From NCBI RefSeq assembly GCF_000015585.1, contig NC_008789.1, positions 2,610,001-2,642,000 on the forward strand: a DNA stretch of 32,000 nucleotides. Reading direction: 5' to 3'. Of the stretch, positions 8,896 through 16,193 are shown piece by piece. Source of the DNA: Halorhodospira halophila SL1. Its GTDB lineage: Bacteria; Pseudomonadota; Gammaproteobacteria; Nitrococcales; Halorhodospiraceae. The position numbers were made by a program, and so were the translations under genes. How positions within the stretch are numbered: position 1 is the first letter of the stretch; each line of letters begins with the position of its first letter. The notes under the pieces are model-generated. The model did no database searches. It was not told the DNA's origin and was given only the letters and a program-made list of their open reading frames with translations.

Positions 8896-8910
8896 GCAAA
8901 AGGCGGGCCA
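8896..8910 (-). promoter_or_regulatory. Candidate sigma-54 (-24/-12) promoter of the cytochrome-porin operon
   Basis: The minus strand reads TGGCCC-GCCTT-TTGC, with GG and GC exactly 12 nt apart as in the TGGCAC-N5-TTGC consensus. It lies about 50 nt upstream of the TTG start at 8845. Confidence 0.55.
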
Positions 8911-8989
8911 AAATGGGCCGACCGGCGTAACGGCCCCGTCATACGGGGGTTTCGATACGATTCCCGGGGACAAGACAGAGCCCTGTCGG

Positions 8990-9038
8990 GACCGCCGCGC
9001 GGTCAGGCGCTGCGCAGCGTGGTCTCAGGCTGCGCAGC
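8990..9038. promoter_or_regulatory. Array of palindromes, candidate enhancer (UAS) sites for the adjacent sigma-54 activator
   Basis: The 10-bp perfect palindrome GCTGCGCAGC occurs twice (9009-9018 and 9029-9038), exactly 20 bp apart, inside an imperfect 20-bp tandem repeat (9001-9020 / 9021-9040). It is preceded by GACCGC-CGC-GCGGTC (8990-9004). The array lies 80-130 bp upstream of the -24 element. Confidence 0.45.
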
Positions 9039-9130
9039 CGGAGATCGGTTGGGACGGCCGGCCCCTTGTGCCACCACGGCTGGGTTGATTAATGTCAACC
9101 CATTAGGGAACCGGTCGCTGGGAGGGATTC

Positions 9131-10495
9131 ATGCGCGGATGCGTCCTGGTCGTGGATGACCATCGCGAGGTGGTCTACGCCGTCCGGCGGCTGCTGCAGA
9201 GCCGCGGGCTGGAGGTGATCAGCGCCCCCTCCGCCGCCGAGGCGGAGCCGCTGGTGCCCCGGGCAGACGCGCTGATCCTGGATATCCAGCTGGAGCAGGA
9301 CAACGGCCTGGCGCTGCTTCAACGCCTGCGCAGCGCCGGGGATGAGACACCGGCGGTGGTCCTGTCGGCGCACACCTTCCCCGACAACGTGGTCGAGGCG
9401 AGCAAGCGCGGCGCGATGCAGATCCTGGCCAAGCCCATCGAGGCCGAGGCCCTGGTCGGGGCCGTGGAAGAGGCGTTGAGCCAGACGCACTCCGACGCCT
9501 CGGCGTCCGCCCTGAGCGCCGAGGCCCACGATGTGCTCGGCACCTCGGCGGCGATGATGGAGGTCTTCAAGGCCCTGGGCGTGGCCGCGGCCAACGACCT
9601 CAACGTCCTACTCACCGGCGAAACCGGGGTCGGCAAAGAGGTTTCGGCGGAGCTCGTCCACCGCCACTCCCACCGGGCCGACGGCCCCTTCGTGGCCATC
9701 AACTGCACCGCCATGCCCGAGAGCCTCCTCGAGGCCGAACTGTTCGGCCACGCCAGCGGCGCCTTCACCGGCGCCAGCCGGGCCGCCGAGGGCAAGGTGG
9801 AGGCCGCCGCCGGCGGCACCCTGTTCCTGGACGAGATCGGCGACATGCCGCTGGCCTTTCAGGCCAAGCTGCTGCGCTTCCTGGAGGACAAGCGCTTCTA
9901 CCGCCTGGGGGAGTCGGCGCCGCGTCACGCCGATGTGCGCGTGATCGCCGCCACCAACCGCCAGCTGCTCGGCGCGGACGCCAGTCAGTTCCGCAGCGAT
10001 CTCTACTACCGCCTGGCGCAGATCCCGGTGCACATCCCGCCGCTGCGCGACCGGTTGGAAGACGTGCCGGCGCTGATCGAGGTCTTCATCCGGGCGGCCA
10101 ACCAGGAGATGGGGCTGGATATCCACGGTATCACCCCCGAGGTCCGCCAACAGGCCCAGGGCCACAGCTGGCCGGGCAACGTCCGCGAGCTCAAGAACGC
10201 CGTCTACCGCGCCGCAGCGAAGCGCCAGCGGGGGCTGATCGATACCCTGGAGCTGGCCGGCGCGGCCGCCGAACCCGCCGGTGACAGCGACTTCGACACC
10301 GCCCTGGACCGCGCTCTGGACCGTGCCCTGGCCCAGGACCGGCTGCCGGAGCTGCTCAACGACCTGGAGCGCCGGGCCGTCCAGCGCGCCCTGACCCACT
10401 ACAACGGCAACAAGAGCCGGGTGGCCGAGGCCTTGAACGTCTCCCGCAACACCCTGCGCGCCCGGCTGCAGGCCATGCAGGAGCCGACGGATTGA
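9131..10495 (+). CDS. Sigma-54-dependent response regulator (NtrC family bacterial enhancer-binding protein)
   Basis: Receiver domain (VVDDH, LILDIQ, AKP). AAA+ domain with Walker A GETGVGKE, the GAFTGA loop and ELFGH. C-terminal Fis-type HTH ([16 protein letters not shown]). SD GGAGGG at 9121-9126. Confidence 0.9.
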   Translation: MRGCVLVVDDHREVVYAVRRLLQSRGLEVISAPSAAEAEPLVPRADALILDIQLEQDNGLALLQRLRSAGDETPAVVLSAHTFPDNVVEASKRGAMQILAKPIEAEALVGAVEEALSQTHSDASASALSAEAHDVLGTSAAMMEVFKALGVAAANDLNVLLTGETGVGKEVSAELVHRHSHRADGPFVAINCTAMPESLLEAELFGHASGAFTGASRAAEGKVEAAAGGTLFLDEIGDMPLAFQAKLLRFLEDKRFYRLGESAPRHADVRVIAATNRQLLGADASQFRSDLYYRLAQIPVHIPPLRDRLEDVPALIEVFIRAANQEMGLDIHGITPEVRQQAQGHSWPGNVRELKNAVYRAAAKRQRGLIDTLELAGAAAEPAGDSDFDTALDRALDRALAQDRLPELLNDLERRAVQRALTHYNGNKSRVAEALNVSRNTLRARLQAMQEPTD

Positions 10496-10515
10496 GGTGC
10501 TGGCTGCCACGCAAC

Positions 10516-11970
10516 ATGGCCGTCCGGCTCGGCGCCACCTTCCTGCTGGTGACCCTGATGGTCGCCCTGCCGCTGACGCTGTGGTTCGACCACTACGCGA
10601 GGGGCATGATCGAGGCCGGCGTCGAGCGCGCCGTCGAGGGGGCCGACGCGCGGGTCATCCTCGACGCCGCGGTGGTCTCGGAGGCTTTCGATCGCGTGCG
10701 CGGCCTGGCGCTGCTGGTGGTGGGGCTCAGCGCCCTGCTGGCCGCCGGCGTCGGGGCGCTGATCGCGGCGCGCTGGCGGACGCGGATGCGCAGTATCGTC
10801 GAGCAGGGCCACCGCCGTGCCCGGCGCGCCCAGGGCGACGGCAAGCAGCCCGCGCGCTGCCCCGGCACACCCCGGCCACGCCCCGGCGAGGACGAACTGG
10901 ACGCCGTCGAGCGGCAACTGCTCAACACCGTCGACCAGCTGGGCCGCTCGCAGTGGCTGCTCGACAGCGTCGAGGACCTGGTGATGCTGGTCGACGCCGA
11001 TGGCACCATCCGCCACGGTAACGCCGCCATCGGCACACACTGCGCGAGTTGTCCGGTTCCCGACTGCATGGGGGCCACGGTGCCGGATCTCCTCGGCGGC
11101 GGACTGTGGCTGCGCATCCGCACCGGGATCGAGCGCGCCGAGACCGGGACCTTCGAGCAGGAGGTGCGGCTGGACGGGCGGTCCTGGCCGGCCCTGGTCT
11201 CCTACCGCCGTCTCGGGGAGCTGACCCTGGTCAAGATCACCGACCTGAGCGAGTACCGCCGGCTGAACGAACATCTGGAGAAGCTCCAGGCCCTCTCCAC
11301 CCTGGGCGAGATGTCCACCGAGCTGGCCCACGACATCAAGAACAGCATCGTGCCGGTGCGCCTGCTCTGCGAGGTGGCCCCGCTGGAGGCCGAAGACCGG
11401 CAGGCGATCTTCCGCTCGCTGGATCACATCCACGAGCTGGTCAATGACTTTATGGCCTTCGGCTGCGGGCGCAGCAGCGAACCGCGCAGCGGCGCTCTCA
11501 CCGAGATCCTGCAGAGCTGGACCACGGTCCTGCGCAACGAGGCCCAGGCCAAGGGCGTCTCCCTGACGGCGGCGTTCGCCGACGCGCGGGTCGAACTGCC
11601 GGGGGGCTTTCGGATCGTCTACGCCAACCTGGTGCGCAACGCGGTCCAGGCCGTACCCGCCGGCGGCCAGGTGTGGGTGGACGCCCGAGTGGATCGCCGC
11701 GACACCCTGGTGCTGCAGGTGGCGGACAACGGCCCGGGCATCCCCGAGGCGCTACGCGAGCGGCTGTTCGAGCCCTTTGCCACCAGTCGCGCCGACGGCA
11801 CTGGGCTGGGACTGCCACTGGTCCAGCGCTATGTGCAGGAGGCCGGCGGTGAGGTGGTCTGCGACTCCACCCCCGGCACCGGGACCAGTTTCACGGTCCA
11901 CTGGCCGGGGGCCGGGGAAACCACAGGCCGTACACTCACCCACCACGCCGGGATCGCCTCTGCGGGCTGA
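10516..11970 (+). CDS. Sensor histidine kinase (two TM segments, PAS-like domain, HisKA, HATPase_c)
   Basis: H-box ELAHDIKNS, N-box NLVRNAVQA, G1 DNGPGIP, F-box FEPFAT, G2 GTGLGL. Start is ATG 10516. An alternative is TTG 10492, overlapping the regulator stop. Confidence 0.85.
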   Translation: MAVRLGATFLLVTLMVALPLTLWFDHYARGMIEAGVERAVEGADARVILDAAVVSEAFDRVRGLALLVVGLSALLAAGVGALIAARWRTRMRSIVEQGHRRARRAQGDGKQPARCPGTPRPRPGEDELDAVERQLLNTVDQLGRSQWLLDSVEDLVMLVDADGTIRHGNAAIGTHCASCPVPDCMGATVPDLLGGGLWLRIRTGIERAETGTFEQEVRLDGRSWPALVSYRRLGELTLVKITDLSEYRRLNEHLEKLQALSTLGEMSTELAHDIKNSIVPVRLLCEVAPLEAEDRQAIFRSLDHIHELVNDFMAFGCGRSSEPRSGALTEILQSWTTVLRNEAQAKGVSLTAAFADARVELPGGFRIVYANLVRNAVQAVPAGGQVWVDARVDRRDTLVLQVADNGPGIPEALRERLFEPFATSRADGTGLGLPLVQRYVQEAGGEVVCDSTPGTGTSFTVHWPGAGETTGRTLTHHAGIASAG

Positions 11971-12040
11971 CGCCTTGGATCCTTCCGTATCAGGCGGCTA
12001 GGCGCTGGATGGGTCCAAACCGCTCGTGACGACACTGCCG

Positions 12041-12070
12041 TTGACACGCCACGCAGGTTTGGAGTATACT
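12041..12070 (+). promoter_or_regulatory. Near-consensus sigma-70 promoter upstream of the NYN gene
   Basis: TTGACA (12041-12046), 18-nt spacer, TATACT (12065-12070). Confidence 0.5.
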
Positions 12071-12125
12071 TTTTCCACGACTCACCCCGTGACCGCTTGG
12101 TTCGACCAAGTGCTCTCGGGGCGAC

Positions 12126-12155
12126 AAGCCGCCTCCGGGCGGCTTTGTCATTTCT
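12126..12155 (+). terminator. Terminator-like hairpin in the leader of the NYN gene (or 3' end of a short RNA, or of the kinase operon)
   Basis: AAGCCGCC (12126-12133), loop TCCG, GGCGGCTT (12138-12145), followed by TGTCATTTCT. A second hairpin CTTGGT-TCG-ACCAAG lies at 12096-12110. Confidence 0.35.
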
Positions 12156-12166
12156 GGAGATGGGTT

Positions 12167-12823
12167 TTGCGAACCGTCGTCTACGTCGATGGGTACAACC
12201 TGTACTACGGACTGCTGAGAAAAACCGCGTTCAAGTGGTTGGATCTCGTCGTTCTGTTCCGCGATCACGCCCTGGATCCGCAAGTCGATCTGGTGGAAGT
12301 CCGATACTACACCGCCCCAGTGCTTGGGCGAATGTGCGACGACCCCAAATCACCCCAGCGCCAACGGCGCTACCTACAGGCGTTGCGCACGATGCACCCC
12401 GAACGACTTTCCATCATCGAGGGCAAAATCATCGCAACGACCCCCTTCAAGCGCCTAGCCCAACCTATCCCAGAGCGTCCGGATCTCGAGCGAGTTCAGG
12501 TCCTTGACTTCCATGAGAAAAAAACCGATGTCAACCTCGCCGCTGACTTAATCGCCGGGTCTTGGGTTGGTTCGTATGAGCAGGCGGTTGTGTGCAGCAA
12601 CGACACAGATCTCGACGCGGCACTTGCGACCGTACGCCGCTATCAGCCCAGTATCCGCCTAGGCCTCGTCGCGCCCATCCCCGGCCATGATCACCGGCGC
12701 ATCCCAGCCGACCTAGCCAAGCACACACATTGGTCCAAAACCCTTAGCCCCGTACACCTGAGCAACGCTCAACTACCTGAACGCATCCCACACTCAACTC
12801 TTCGAAAACCCGATACATGGTAA
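12167..12823 (+). CDS. NYN-domain (PIN-like, LabA/DUF88-type) protein, putative RNase
   Basis: N-terminus RTVVYVDGYNLYY is typical of NYN proteins. Later KKTDVNLAADL and VVCSNDTDL acidic motifs. Start TTG 12167 lies 6 nt after GGAGA (12156-12160). The track start at 12026 would overlap the promoter and hairpins. Confidence 0.7.
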   Translation: MRTVVYVDGYNLYYGLLRKTAFKWLDLVVLFRDHALDPQVDLVEVRYYTAPVLGRMCDDPKSPQRQRRYLQALRTMHPERLSIIEGKIIATTPFKRLAQPIPERPDLERVQVLDFHEKKTDVNLAADLIAGSWVGSYEQAVVCSNDTDLDAALATVRRYQPSIRLGLVAPIPGHDHRRIPADLAKHTHWSKTLSPVHLSNAQLPERIPHSTLRKPDTW

Positions 12824-12981
12824 GTGGTTTGGCCCTGATAGGCTCGGGTCCATCCCGAGCCACCCGCCACTCTGGCACCACCCGATCGCCATGGACACCA
12901 GCCCATGAAGACGCCCGGAACCCGCCCTGCTGACGCCCTGATCCGGAACGCTGGATGGCGCGGTACTGCCGAGGTCCGCCG

Positions 12982-13569
12982 ATGAGGCGCAGGTGGGCGA
13001 CGACGGCCGGCTGTCTGCTGGTGGCCGGGGTGGCCGCGGGCGGCAACGCCGCCGCGGACGAGCGCGCCTACGGCGGGGTCCTCGAAGACGGCTGGCGGGT
13101 AGCCGTGGTCACCGGGACGCTGGCGGTATCCGACGGCACCGATACCGGAACGGCCCGCACCGTGGCCCTGGCCAACGGGGCCCATGTGATCAACGATCGT
13201 GGGCGGTATTGGGACTTCGAGGTCGGCCTGGCCTACACCCAGACCGCCGCCCACCCGAAGGGGGCCGGCGGGGAGACCGTCCGCGTCAACCAGACGGACG
13301 CCTACTACCAGGCGCGGCGGCTATTCGGCGAGTCGCCCTGGTTCCTCGGCTGGCACGTGGCGCTGACGCGCACGAGCATCCAGCCGGCCGACACCGGCTC
13401 CGATCGTGACCTGGGATTCACCGCCGGGGTCATCGCCGGCTACCGCGGGTCCGGCCGTTTCGGCTTCCAGGTCGACGCCCTGGTGACGGACCCCGATCCG
13501 GAGTTTGGCGACCTGACCCTTGGCTACGAGACACGCCAGTACCGCGCCTCGCTGCAGTTTCGCTTCTGA
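12982..13569 (+). CDS. Small outer-membrane beta-barrel protein (OmpW/OMP_b-brl-like), function unknown
   Basis: ATG 12982 lies 7 nt after GAGG. Signal peptide RRRWATTAGCLLVAGVAAGGNAAA. Alternating hydrophobic strands. C-terminal SLQFRF. Confidence 0.55.
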   Translation: MRRRWATTAGCLLVAGVAAGGNAAADERAYGGVLEDGWRVAVVTGTLAVSDGTDTGTARTVALANGAHVINDRGRYWDFEVGLAYTQTAAHPKGAGGETVRVNQTDAYYQARRLFGESPWFLGWHVALTRTSIQPADTGSDRDLGFTAGVIAGYRGSGRFGFQVDALVTDPDPEFGDLTLGYETRQYRASLQFRF

Positions 13570-13578
13570 CCCCCCGGG

Positions 13579-14412
13579 CTAAAGGGTCCCTTCGATACCC
13601 ACGTGCACCCCGTCTTCCCGGCGGGGCCCGGCCATCTCGATGCTGCGGGTCAGGATGTCCGCGGCGCCGTCCCGCGTATCCACGACGGCATCCAGCTCAT
13701 AGGAACCGGCCGGATCCAGCCGCCAGCCCCCGCCCAACTGAAGCGGGCCACCGGTATCGCCGAGCTCACCAACCAGCGCGCCGTCCTCGGCCCGCAGCTG
13801 AGTGGTCAGGCCGCCGAGCTCAACGTATTCGTCAACAGTGACGGCGGCGTCGTGCCAGGCGAGGCGGCCATCGACCTGCTGCAGGCGACCTCCACGGTCG
13901 ACCCGTAAGGTGTCGATGGCAAAGGCGAACGTCCCGGCGAGCAGCACTTCCTCGCCGAACTGGGCGGCCAACCGGCTCCACGGCGCCGCCGGGAAGCGGC
14001 CGTGGACATCGCGCAGGCTCAGCCCGCCGGCGGCGAGGGTCGCCCGCCCCTCGGCGAACCCGTCCCCCATTGAGGCCTCGATCGTTGCCTCCAGCCGACC
14101 GGTGAGCAGCGCCGCCGGACGGACGCGCCAGCGGATCTGCTCCGCCTGCAGGTCTGTCGTCCCGACCTGGATGCCCTGGCCGTCCCAGACGGTACCGTCC
14201 AGAGTGCCCACTTGCACCTCGGGCGGCACGGACAGGTAGCGCTCGGCCAACGACCAGGCGTGGGCCGCCGGCCAGTGCGCCAGGAGGAAGGCGCAGTAGG
14301 CACCGAGGCCCAGCACCGTGAACCCCCAGAATCGTCGCCCCGGCCACCTGAGCCGGGGCGCACCCCGGCTTCGACGTCGCAACAACCGGACCCACGGGCG
14401 GGCGGCGGTCAC
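13579..14412 (-). CDS. gspN: Type II secretion system protein GspN
   Basis: 277 aa with a single N-terminal TM segment. The GTG start overlaps the gspM stop (GTGA). Its position after gspM is as in canonical gsp operons. Confidence 0.65.
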   Translation of the reverse strand: MTAARPWVRLLRRRSRGAPRLRWPGRRFWGFTVLGLGAYCAFLLAHWPAAHAWSLAERYLSVPPEVQVGTLDGTVWDGQGIQVGTTDLQAEQIRWRVRPAALLTGRLEATIEASMGDGFAEGRATLAAGGLSLRDVHGRFPAAPWSRLAAQFGEEVLLAGTFAFAIDTLRVDRGGRLQQVDGRLAWHDAAVTVDEYVELGGLTTQLRAEDGALVGELGDTGGPLQLGGGWRLDPAGSYELDAVVDTRDGAADILTRSIEMAGPRREDGVHVGIEGTL

Positions 14413-14933
14413 GTGCCCACCTCCAGGGTCAGGCGCACGTTGACCAAGCCGTCCTCTTGCGTCCGCTCCACAGTCAAGGCATCTACCTCAACGCCGGCGG
14501 CGCGCTGCAGGCCGTCGAGCCAGTTCATGAGCTCATCGAAGGGGACCCGGTCCATCCACACCCGGAGGGTGCCATCCCCGTCCGGCTGCACCCGGCTGAG
14601 CTGATCATCGATCCCGGCCTCCCGGGCGGCCCGATCCACCAGGCTGAGCAGGGATCGCTCGTCGGTGACCGGCTCTGCCGAACCGTTATCCCCATCATGG
14701 GCGTGGATCTCTTCCGCGGCCGAGCGCATCCAGGCCAGATCCTGGCGCTGCTCGGCGACCTGAGCTTGGAGCTGGTCCCGACGCTCGGTCAACGGCTCCC
14801 AAACCGCCACGTACGGCACCACCACCAGCACCAGCAAGCCGCCGCTACCCAGCAGCCAGCGTTCCCGAGGGTTACGCGCCGACCAGAAGCGTTCAGCCTC
14901 GGCGCGGAGCTGCTGCAGCGCCTCGCGGATCAC
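14409..14933 (-). CDS. gspM: Type II secretion system protein GspM
   Basis: 174 aa. N-terminal FWSARNPRERWLL plus a TM segment, typical of GspM. The GTG start overlaps the gspL stop (GTGA). Confidence 0.8.
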   Translation of the reverse strand: MIREALQQLRAEAERFWSARNPRERWLLGSGGLLVLVVVPYVAVWEPLTERRDQLQAQVAEQRQDLAWMRSAAEEIHAHDGDNGSAEPVTDERSLLSLVDRAAREAGIDDQLSRVQPDGDGTLRVWMDRVPFDELMNWLDGLQRAAGVEVDALTVERTQEDGLVNVRLTLEVGT

Positions 14934-16162
14934 GCCGACTCCTCTTCGCGAATGACCAGGCGACCGTCCACGCGACCCTCCCGCGCCGACGCCGAGCGGA
15001 TCTCGACGGCCAGGCCGGCGTCGCCCTCCAGCGCTCTCCGCAGGCCCTCCAGGGTCTCGATGTCCACGGTATCCAGTTCCACCTCCAGGCTGCCGTCACG
15101 CAGCCGCAGGGTCCGCACCCGGAGTCCGTCGCCGGCCAGGGCGGGTGCCGCCTTGCCCAGCAGGCGGGCGAGGTGCCCGCCCCCCTCACCGCCGCGATCG
15201 CCGCGTATCGTGCGCAGGTGGTGCTCCATCTGCACCCGCGGATTGACCACCCGACCTTCCGGGAAGGTCTCCCGGTAGACCTGCTCGATCTCCGCCGTGA
15301 GCTGTTCAGCCTCGCGTTCCAGCCGCTGGACCTCCAGCCACTGCAGCGCCCCCTGACCGAGCAGCCAGACAGCGAGGAGCGCAGCCGCTGGGCGTAAGGG
15401 CCGCCATAACCAACCCCAGCGCTCGCGGCGGGCGTACGGCCCCTGGCGCAGGTCAACGGCGGTGCGCGGGTGGTACCAGGCGGCCAGACGAGGCAGGAGA
15501 TCGGCATCCACCGCCCGCGACTCCAGCTCCGGCGCCGGCTCCGCCGCTGCCGCCGCCGACTCCAGGCGCGTCTGCAGCGCCGCCGGTGCCTGCAGCGTGA
15601 GGCGCTGCGGCGGTCGCTCGGCAACGGCCAGCGCGGCCTCGAGGGTCACCGGCGCCGAGGCCGGCTCCAGGGCAAAGCCGTCCGCCCCGAGGGCGAGCAC
15701 CACCTGGTTGCGGTCCGCCTCGACGCGCCAGTGCCCGGAGTCGGCCGGGAGCAGCCCGTTTTCCGGGACCAGGGCGTCGACCTCCAGCCCCAGGGATGCG
15801 AACTCATCGAGCCACGCCTGCATGGCAGCGTGCTCGACGACGGCGGCGTGCACGCCGCCGTCCGCATCGATCCGCCGGATGGCGAAGTGCAGCGCCTCCA
15901 GATCGCTGGTCAGCTGCTCCTCCAGCGCGTACGGCAAGGCCTGGAGCACGCGCGGACGGCGCCGAGTGGGCAGCCAGACCCGGGTCACCAGGACCTGCGC
16001 CCCGGGGACGACGCCGACACAGCGCCGGCCAGCGCGGTGGGGTGCGACCACCTCCGGCCGCAGAAGACCTTGATCCAGGATCGCGCCCCCCTCGGCAACG
16101 ACGGCAAAGCGATACCGGCCATCGTCGCACCGCGGGAGCTGGATCAGCAGATACTCGGGCAT
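14930..16162 (-). CDS. gspL: Type II secretion system protein GspL
   Basis: Start MPEYLLIQLP at ATG 16162. Conserved LQALPYALEEQLTSDLEALHFA segment. Single TM segment in the C-terminal third. Confidence 0.85.
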   Translation of the reverse strand: MPEYLLIQLPRCDDGRYRFAVVAEGGAILDQGLLRPEVVAPHRAGRRCVGVVPGAQVLVTRVWLPTRRRPRVLQALPYALEEQLTSDLEALHFAIRRIDADGGVHAAVVEHAAMQAWLDEFASLGLEVDALVPENGLLPADSGHWRVEADRNQVVLALGADGFALEPASAPVTLEAALAVAERPPQRLTLQAPAALQTRLESAAAAAEPAPELESRAVDADLLPRLAAWYHPRTAVDLRQGPYARRERWGWLWRPLRPAAALLAVWLLGQGALQWLEVQRLEREAEQLTAEIEQVYRETFPEGRVVNPRVQMEHHLRTIRGDRGGEGGGHLARLLGKAAPALAGDGLRVRTLRLRDGSLEVELDTVDIETLEGLRRALEGDAGLAVEIRSASAREGRVDGRLVIREEESA

Positions 16163-16193
16163 GGGGTCACCGTACCATCGCCACTCGGCCCCG

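Noticed and set aside
9068-9073. Second TGGCAC on the minus strand (plus strand GTGCCA) upstream of the cytochrome operon.
   Set aside because: The downstream GC dinucleotide is two positions too close (TGGCACAAGGGGCCG), so the -24/-12 spacing is wrong. It would also give a leader of about 225 nt. The site at 8896-8910 fits much better.
12026-12166. N-terminal extensions suggested by the ORF track, for example 12026 for the NYN gene, 16249 for gspL, 22481 for the gamma-CA-like gene, 23823 for gor, 5820 for the large cytochrome, 8911 for the MtrA-like gene and 18563 for cytochrome c4.
   Set aside because: In each case an internal start with a good SD gives the family-typical N-terminus or a proper signal peptide. 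The extension is low-complexity, overlaps an upstream gene, or overlaps a promoter or hairpin.
12873-12878. TGGCAC upstream of the small OMP gene.
   Set aside because: No GC dinucleotide lies at the required 12-nt offset (TGGCACCACCCGATCGCC places GC two positions too far). It is probably a chance hexamer.
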